Assembly: GCA_965237785.1 (NCBI GenBank)
Contig: OZ250159.1
Coordinates: 455,989-519,988, forward strand
Origin: Candidatus Rariloculaceae bacterium
GTDB lineage: Bacteria; Pseudomonadota; Gammaproteobacteria; Steroidobacterales; Rariloculaceae
Direction of reading: 5' to 3'
DNA: 64,000 nt
Shown: piece after piece, positions 57,679-64,000 of the stretch
How positions within the stretch are numbered: position 1 is the first letter of the stretch
Layout: each line of letters opens with the position of its first letter
The notes under the pieces: generated by a model
The model's database searches: none
The model's input: the letters and a program-made list of their open reading frames with translations, nothing else
What the model was told of the DNA's origin: nothing
Position numbers and translations under genes: made by a program

Positions 57679-60600
57679 TCACCAGCGCACCGAGCCCTGC
57701 AGTTGGATTGCGTTGTCGGCCACGCCGCGCGTGCCCGTTCGCCGGCCGATCTCGAGCCCCGCCTCGAGGTTCGGACCCGACGTGAGCTTCACGCCCATCC
57801 GCAAGGCCCGTTGCCCGGCGGAGGCTTCCGTGCCGACGAACGGCACCCAGAGCGCGCGGCCCCCGCGTCCCCCGAGGCCGTAGCCGAGCTCGACGTGGAA
57901 CCGTTGAGCGGCATCCATTCCCGCGCCCCTGGCCATTCCCGAGGCGTCCCGGCGGCTCCAGAGCGCATTCACGCCGCTCGCCGTGGCGCCCCAGCTCGAT
58001 CCCGCGTCCATCGCCCAGCCGCGCCCGTCCTCGCCGGGCTGCCACTTCACCGAACCGCTCAACCCCCATTCCTCGTACGCGGCGTCCTCGTGCGCCAGCA
58101 ACCCGCGCGCGTTGACCTCCACCGACACCCGCCCGGCCGAGTACGCCAGTCCTCCGCCGACCTCAAGCCCGGCGCCCGTCTCGGCGTCCCCGCCGTCGTA
58201 GCGAAGCCCCGCCTCGAGCGTAGGCGTCAGCACCCCGCCGCCGAGCGGGAGCGAGCCCTTGCCTTCCAGGGTGAGCCGCACGCGGCTCGTGGCGCCCGTG
58301 GCGCCGAGCAGGTTCTCCGACGCGCCCGATACCGTCTCGGTCAGCATGGCGTCGGAACGCACCGCCAGCTCGAACGAGCCCGACGCGCCGGTTCGCACCG
58401 ACAGCACACCGCGCCCTCCAAACGCCGCCATGGTCGTGCTCAGGTCCGTATCCACGCTCGCGGCCGCCCCCTCGGGCGTCAGCGAAAGGTCGCCCACGCC
58501 ATAGCCGATCGTGCCCCACACGCTGGTGCGCTCGTTGAACCGGTACTGCGCGTATGGGTGCAGGCTCGTGAGCGTGCTGGTCACGGAACCGCCGCTGGCC
58601 GTGGCGTGCGTGAAGCCGCCTTCGCCCTCGCTGTGCGCGAGCACGACGCCCCCGAGCCATCGGTTCCAGCGGGCATCCGCGCCAAGCATCGCCGTCGAGA
58701 CCTCGCCGTCGAGCGACAGCGGCCCGTCCTCGCCCCGGAAGCGCGTCGCGGCCGTGCGGCCCCACGCGGACCAGTCCCTGAACCCGCCCGCGTCCGGCGC
58801 ATCGGGATTCTGCTCACCGTTCTCCTGCTCACCGTCCGCGCTCGAATAGAAGAAGGAGCTGCCCATGAGAATGTCTCTCAGGCTCGGCAGCCCGCGGCCT
58901 GAGCCCGTGCCGGCGTGCGCCGCGGTCCGAGGCTCAACGCCGCCCGCAAGACCGCTGCCTGGGTATGCGGCGGTTCCGGGCACCCCGCCGCCGACCGCCG
59001 GGTTGCCGCCCGCGGGCCGCTGCGTGGCGTCGTCGCGGGCGAAAAAGCCGTCCACACGCAGCCCGCCCAGCGTGAAATGCGTCTCCCGGGGCGCGTCGGC
59101 GTCGCGCAATCGCGCCTGGATCGCCTCGACCACATGATCCGACACGGTTCGTCCGAACCGCGCGATCCAGGCCTTCGGCATGGGATCGGAGTTCTGGATG
59201 GTGCCTGTGGCCGTAGCCTGCACCAGGTACGCGTTGCCGCCCGATGGGTTGCTGAGCGTCAGCGTGAAGGTCTCCCCGTCGTCGTCGTGGGCATCGTCGA
59301 GCACCTCCACCGCCACCGTCTTCGAGATTTCCCCGGCCTCGAAGGTCAGCGTCCCGGAGGTTTCGGTGTAGTCCTCCCCTGGCGTCGCCGTGCCTTCGGC
59401 GGTCGCGAAGTCGACGCTCACCGCCTCGGTCAGCGCGCGGCCCAGGGTCACCGCGAAGTCCATGGTCGCGTCCGGTCCCTCCGCCACCCGGGCGTCGGCC
59501 ACGCCGAGCCCCGGCGGGCCCTTGACGACCGCGTGAATGTTGTTCGCCAGCCTGCGCCCGTCCCCGGTGCACACCGCGCCCTCCCCGGCGCAGTCGAAGG
59601 TCGGGCCGAGGCTGATGGAGACATCGGCCTTCGAATCGGGCTCGATGCCGACCACCCAGTATTGGTTGTCGCCCGCTTCGAGCCGCGAGACGTCCGTTAT
59701 CCGCCCGCCCGTGACCAGGAACGACGACGCGCTCAGCGTCAACCCGTCGAGATCGGGAGGCGTCTCCGTCGCCGGCGGATCGTCCTGAGCCGGGCCGTCC
59801 GTCTGTCCGGCGCCATCCGTCTGCGCGGTCCCGTCGTCGCCGGCCGTGCCGTCCGTCGAACCCGGTTCACCGAAACCGACCTGTACGCTGAACGCCGTCT
59901 CCCCGTCATGCGCTTCCGGCACGGAGTCCGGTTCGAAGCCGGCCGTCAGCGCTTCTTCCGGAGATCTCGCCAGGACCGTCGAGCCCTCGGAGATCGTCGT
60001 CAGCGGGTTTCGCAGGTTCGCCGCGTGACCGCCCGGACCCGTCGCATCCACGATCGTGGCGCCGCCGGAGATTGAGATCGCGTCCGCCGGCACGAAGATG
60101 CCGCCCGAGAGGTCGTCGCCCTCCTGGACCCGGTAGCGGAACTCCAGCCGGCTGCCGATGTGACCCGAACCGTAGTTCCGGAATGCCGGCGGTTTCGACG
60201 CGGCGGCGAACGCGGCCTGGCGCGTCTCCTCGCCGAACCCGATCCCGAGCGTAGGCGAGCCGTCCGCGGCCGCGACCCTCACCGGTTCGGTGAAGGCCAT
60301 GACGAACACGAGATCGTCGTCCGCCTCGAACGTATCCACATCTACCGCGTCCAGCCAGAGTCCGACCACCCGCGGCGCCTCGTCCCTCATCCGCGCCTCG
60401 GTCGACGGCGCCGACACCCTCGGCGTCATCCCCTCCTCACCGGAGGTCACCGCGCGCACCTGGGCCCGCAGCTCGAACGTATCGGGCAGCACGTAGCAGC
60501 CGAGCGCCTGGGCGTCGAAGCGGTAGGAACGCGCGTTGGCGCCGTCCGGTCCGCTGTCCGGGATCCGCCACCAGCCGTCCGGCTCGAACGGCCGGTTGCC

Positions 60601-63600
60601 GGCGCACTGGAACGGCGCCGGCGCAAGCCCGTTGTACGACTCCGGATACCGCCCGAGCCGGAACTCGAACCAGGAAGTGTCCTCCATGGCCTCTTCCATG
60701 GCCTCGTCCGAGGGCTCATCCGAAGTCCCGTCCGAAGTCCCGTCCGAGAGCTCATCCGAAGCGTCCTCCGGATCCTCCGGTTCCGGCGCATTCCACCGCA
60801 GCGCGATCTCGGTCTGCACGGTGTTGTTGGCGTCCAGGCTCAACGACCGGCTCATTGTCACGCCGGTGGGCGCCTCGGGTCCGAGCGCCGCCTGTTGCTC
60901 CTGCGTGTCGATCAGCTCGATGGCGACCTCGACCGTGTCGGCGCCGCCCTGGCCGTCGCTGGCCGTCACCGTCACCGCGTGCGACGGCTTCGTCTCGTAG
61001 TCGAGCACCGCGCGGGTCAGGATCTGGCCGGTCTGCGGGTCGATGTCGAAGGACGCCGCGTCGTCGCCGTCCAGCGTGTAAGTCAGGCTGTCCCGGTCCA
61101 TGTCCACCGCCGTGAGCGGGGCGCCGACCGGTTCGCGCCTGCCACTGTCCTCGGGGACGCTGCGCGTCGCCCTCTCGTCTGCGAACTCCGGCGGGTTGTT
61201 GTCCTCCCTGCCGGTGCTCCCGGCGCCCGGCTCCGACCACTCGCCCGGCGCCTCGCCGTTGAGCGCCCGCACGCGCGCCTGGTAGTCCGCGGACACCGCA
61301 AGCTCCTCGATCGCCGTGCGCGTCTCCGCACCCTCGTGCCCGTGGTCGATCCACTCGCCCTCCGTGCCCTCGCGGTACTGCACCTCGTAACCGGTGACGG
61401 GCGGGCCGCCGCCGGCATCCGGCGCGCGCCAGCGCACGTCCAGGCTCATGGTGGTCCCGGCCGTCGCCAGCACCAGCGGCGGCGAGGGTTGCGCGGGCTG
61501 TTCTTCCACGTCGGCGACGTTGACCGTCACCGCGAGCGCGGCGGCGCCGCCCGCGCCGTCGCTGACCCGAACGCTCAGCGACCGGGAGCCCCCGGCCTCG
61601 TGGTCGAGCGCCGCTCGGGTCCTGAGCTGGCCGCTGTCGGCGTCGATCGCGAACGCGGGCCTGTCCGGGCCGTCGAGCAGCCAGGTCAGCGTGTCGCCGT
61701 CCGTATCGGCGGCGGCGAAGGGCGCGCCGATGTCGGTGTCCGCGCCGGTGTTCTCGTCCACCGTCAAGGTGGCGGGCAGGCCGGCGTCGAAGACCGGCAC
61801 GCTGTTGACCGCCCGGCCGGTGCGCCCGGCGCCCGGCGCCGACCACTCGCCCGGAATTTCGCCGTTCAGCGCCCGCACCCGGGCCTGATACTCGGTGGCC
61901 GCCACGAGATCCGCGATGCTCGCGCGCGTTTCCGCGCCCTCGTGCTCGTGCTCGATCCACTCGCCCTCCGTGCCCTCGCGGTACTGCACCGCGTAACCCG
62001 TGACGGACGGGCCGCCGTTGCGGCGCGGCGCGGTCCAGTGCAGGTCGAGGCCAGTGGTCGAGTCCGCCGTCGCCAGCACGCCCGGCGCCGACAGCGGCGG
62101 GGCCTGCTCGTCCAGGTCGGCGACGCCGACCCTCACCCGGATGGCATCGGCGCCGCCCTTGCCGTCGTCGGCCCGCACCGTCAGGAAATAGCGGGGCTTC
62201 GCCTCATGGTCGAGTGCCGCCCTCGTCCTGAGCTGCCCGCTTTCCGGATCGATGGCGAAGACGCGCCGGTCGGCGCCGTCGAGCCGGTACGTCAACGCAT
62301 CGCCGTCGGTGTCGGTGGCGGCGAAGGGCGCCCCGATGTCGATGTCCGCGGCGGTGTGCTCGTCCACGGTCACCTCAACCGGCAGGCCGTCGTCGAACAC
62401 GGGCGGACTGTTGACCGGTTCGCCGGTGCTGCCGGCGCCAGGCTCCGACCACTCGCCCGGGATCTCGCGGTTCAGTGCACGCACCCGCGCCTGGTACGCG
62501 GTGGACGGCTCAAGATACGCGATCGCCGTGCGCGTGCCCGCGCCCCGGTGCCGATGCGTCAGCCAGGGACCTTCCTCGCCGGTGGCCGTTTCCGTGGCTG
62601 TGTCTGTATTTGTTTCCGTGGCTGTTTCCGTGCCGGTATCCGCGACCGCGCGGTACTGCACTTCGTAGCCGGCGATGGCCGGGCCGCCGTTGATATCCGG
62701 CGCGCTCCAGTTCACCCCCAGGCTCGTGGTCGAGCCCCGGGCCGCGAGCACCGCCGGCGCCACCGGCGTGCCGGCCTGCTCGTCGATGTCCGCGACGCTC
62801 ACCGTCAACGCGATACCGTCGCGTCCGCCGTTGCCGTCGTCGGCCCGCACCGTCAGCGAATAGCGCCGCTTCGACTCATGGTCGAGTGCCGCCCGGGTAC
62901 GGAGCTGCCCCAACGAGTCGATCGCGAAGGCGTGCCTGTCGGCGCCCTCGAGCAGGTAGGTCAGCGTGTCGCCGTCGCTGTCGGTGGCGGTGAAGGGAGC
63001 GCCCAGCTCGGCGCCGGCGTCGGTGTTCTCATCCACCGTCAGCGTTGTCGGCAGCGCGGCGTCGAAGGCCGGGGCGCTGTTGTCCGGTTGGCCGGTGTTG
63101 CCGGAGCCCGGTTCGGACCATTCGCCCGGCGCCTCGCCGTTCAGCGCGCGCACCCGCGCCTGGTGTTGCGTCGCCGCCGCCAGACGCGCGATGGTCGCGC
63201 GCGTGTCCGTGCCGATGTGCCGGTGATTGCTCCAGGCGCCCGTCGTGCCGGCGCGGTACTGCACCTCGTAGCCGGTGATGGCCGGACCGCCGTTCCTCTC
63301 CGGCACGTTCCAACGCAAGCTCACGCTCGTGGTCGAGCCCGGGGCCGCCAGCACCGTCGGCGCCTCGGCCGTGCCGGGCTGCTCGTCCACGTCCGTCACC
63401 GTCACCACGGCCGCGAAACCGGCCGTCTCGCCGTGACCGTCGTCGGCCGTCACCGTCACCGAGTAGCGGGTCCTGGTCTCGTGGTCCAGTGCCGCCCGGG
63501 TGCGGAGCTGTCCGCTCTCGGGATCGACTGCGAAGCTGTCCGCGTCGACGCCCTGCACCGTGTAGGCAAGCGCGTGGCCGTCTTCGTCGGTGGCCGCCAG

Positions 63601-64000
63601 CAGTGGGCCGATGGCCGTGTCCACGGCGGTGTTTTCCGCCACCTCCAGCGTCACCGGCAGCTCCGCCGGGAACACCGGGGCGTTATTCTCCCGCACCGTC
63701 ACCGTGTAGGTCGCGGTGGCTTCGTTGTACTCGCCGGTGCCCGCCGCCGTGGCGGTGACCGCGCAAGCGCCCACGCCGACGATCGTCAACTCGCCGGTGG
63801 CGGTGTCGACCGTGCACACGCCGGCGGGCGCGGCCGAGTAGCTCAGGCCGGTCTGCGCCCCGGTGGGGGCCGTGACGGTGGGGGCGATGGAACCGAACGT
63901 CACCGAGGCCGTGCCGTAGCCGAACCCGACGAGCGTCTGATCCCTCCTGGCCACCGGCGGGAGCGCGACGGTCACCGTGTCGGTGTTGCCGGCGGTGTCC
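57679..64000 (-). CDS. autotransporter adhesin, 5'-partial (frame open to window edge): cadherin-Fn3 array, Calx-beta, beta-barrel
   Basis: No stop between 63975 and 64000 in frame. Four cadherin-like plus Fn3 pairs and one extra cadherin-like domain (N(N/S)(A/P)PVF...TD.DGD.LTY...DHE...VTV.D(V/I)DEQ; then L..W..P..NGGP..GY.VQYR). Calx-beta ~59160-59520. Barrel ending LQGSVRW. Confidence 0.88.
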   Translation of the reverse strand, partial: DTAGNTDTVTVALPPVARRDQTLVGFGYGTASVTFGSIAPTVTAPTGAQTGLSYSAAPAGVCTVDTATGELTIVGVGACAVTATAAGTGEYNEATATYTVTVRENNAPVFPAELPVTLEVAENTAVDTAIGPLLAATDEDGHALAYTVQGVDADSFAVDPESGQLRTRAALDHETRTRYSVTVTADDGHGETAGFAAVVTVTDVDEQPGTAEAPTVLAAPGSTTSVSLRWNVPERNGGPAITGYEVQYRAGTTGAWSNHRHIGTDTRATIARLAAATQHQARVRALNGEAPGEWSEPGSGNTGQPDNSAPAFDAALPTTLTVDENTDAGAELGAPFTATDSDGDTLTYLLEGADRHAFAIDSLGQLRTRAALDHESKRRYSLTVRADDGNGGRDGIALTVSVADIDEQAGTPVAPAVLAARGSTTSLGVNWSAPDINGGPAIAGYEVQYRAVADTGTETATETNTDTATETATGEEGPWLTHRHRGAGTRTAIAYLEPSTAYQARVRALNREIPGEWSEPGAGSTGEPVNSPPVFDDGLPVEVTVDEHTAADIDIGAPFAATDTDGDALTYRLDGADRRVFAIDPESGQLRTRAALDHEAKPRYFLTVRADDGKGGADAIRVRVGVADLDEQAPPLSAPGVLATADSTTGLDLHWTAPRRNGGPSVTGYAVQYREGTEGEWIEHEHEGAETRASIADLVAATEYQARVRALNGEIPGEWSAPGAGRTGRAVNSVPVFDAGLPATLTVDENTGADTDIGAPFAAADTDGDTLTWLLDGPDRPAFAIDADSGQLRTRAALDHEAGGSRSLSVRVSDGAGGAAALAVTVNVADVEEQPAQPSPPLVLATAGTTMSLDVRWRAPDAGGGPPVTGYEVQYREGTEGEWIDHGHEGAETRTAIEELAVSADYQARVRALNGEAPGEWSEPGAGSTGREDNNPPEFADERATRSVPEDSGRREPVGAPLTAVDMDRDSLTYTLDGDDAASFDIDPQTGQILTRAVLDYETKPSHAVTVTASDGQGGADTVEVAIELIDTQEQQAALGPEAPTGVTMSRSLSLDANNTVQTEIALRWNAPEPEDPEDASDELSDGTSDGTSDEPSDEAMEEAMEDTSWFEFRLGRYPESYNGLAPAPFQCAGNRPFEPDGWWRIPDSGPDGANARSYRFDAQALGCYVLPDTFELRAQVRAVTSGEEGMTPRVSAPSTEARMRDEAPRVVGLWLDAVDVDTFEADDDLVFVMAFTEPVRVAAADGSPTLGIGFGEETRQAAFAAASKPPAFRNYGSGHIGSRLEFRYRVQEGDDLSGGIFVPADAISISGGATIVDATGPGGHAANLRNPLTTISEGSTVLARSPEEALTAGFEPDSVPEAHDGETAFSVQVGFGEPGSTDGTAGDDGTAQTDGAGQTDGPAQDDPPATETPPDLDGLTLSASSFLVTGGRITDVSRLEAGDNQYWVVGIEPDSKADVSISLGPTFDCAGEGAVCTGDGRRLANNIHAVVKGPPGLGVADARVAEGPDATMDFAVTLGRALTEAVSVDFATAEGTATPGEDYTETSGTLTFEAGEISKTVAVEVLDDAHDDDGETFTLTLSNPSGGNAYLVQATATGTIQNSDPMPKAWIARFGRTVSDHVVEAIQARLRDADAPRETHFTLGGLRVDGFFARDDATQRPAGGNPAVGGGVPGTAAYPGSGLAGGVEPRTAAHAGTGSGRGLPSLRDILMGSSFFYSSADGEQENGEQNPDAPDAGGFRDWSAWGRTAATRFRGEDGPLSLDGEVSTAMLGADARWNRWLGGVVLAHSEGEGGFTHATASGGSVTSTLTSLHPYAQYRFNERTSVWGTIGYGVGDLSLTPEGAAASVDTDLSTTMAAFGGRGVLSVRTGASGSFELAVRSDAMLTETVSGASENLLGATGATSRVRLTLEGKGSLPLGGGVLTPTLEAGLRYDGGDAETGAGLEVGGGLAYSAGRVSVEVNARGLLAHEDAAYEEWGLSGSVKWQPGEDGRGWAMDAGSSWGATASGVNALWSRRDASGMARGAGMDAAQRFHVELGYGLGGRGGRALWVPFVGTEASAGQRALRMGVKLTSGPNLEAGLEIGRRTGTRGVADNAIQLQGSVRW

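Noticed and set aside
35433-64000. T1SS-secreted RTX-type giant adhesins as an alternative to autotransporters
   Set aside because: N-terminal Sec signal peptides are present. The C-termini are ~300-aa beta-rich domains ending in an aromatic residue (…GSVRW), as in OMP beta-signals. I saw no GGxGxD nonapeptide repeats or adjacent T1SS genes.

Overview
64-kb high-GC segment of a Gram-negative-type bacterial chromosome; the taxon cannot be determined from the sequence alone. No rRNA, tRNA or CRISPR array was found.

Left ~25 kb: mostly ordinary secreted and metabolic genes. These include a lipoprotein arylsulfatase, a rhomboid protease, two cupin proteins, an LctP-family permease, an ALDH-GGT-NHL operon and a CBM9/DUF5916-like protein. 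Two accessory insertions interrupt them:
- An intact brnT/brnA toxin-antitoxin pair beside an IS21 transposase remnant.
- A three-gene operon joined by two GTGA start/stop overlaps, which looks lower in GC by eye: Type III Mod methyltransferase, an ABC-ATPase/TOPRIM (OLD/PARIS-like) protein, and Type III Res helicase-nuclease.

24.9-27.9 kb: a decayed junction holding brnT and brnA remnants, a metallo-beta-lactamase-fold pseudogene with an in-frame TAG, a 5'-truncated tyrosine integrase and an intact P4-like integrase.

Right ~36 kb (28.8-64.0 kb, all minus strand): a tandem family of giant autotransporter-type adhesin genes that share a conserved 3' cassette (Calx-beta, linker, beta-barrel ending LQGSVRW).
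- One gene is split by a single in-frame TAG (32573-32575).
- One is a 22.2-kb gene that becomes a single 7,391-codon frame if a 49-nt patchwork insertion (47953-48001) and a 1-nt insertion (41676) are removed. It contains about 10 kb of near-identical 321/324-nt tandem repeats.
- One runs off the window edge.
- A 5'-truncated passenger fragment lies downstream of the cluster.

The two candidates most worth follow-up are the Mod / OLD-like / Res composite defence operon and the repeat-driven giant autotransporter locus. Both frame disruptions in the giant gene may be assembly or sequencing artefacts rather than biology.
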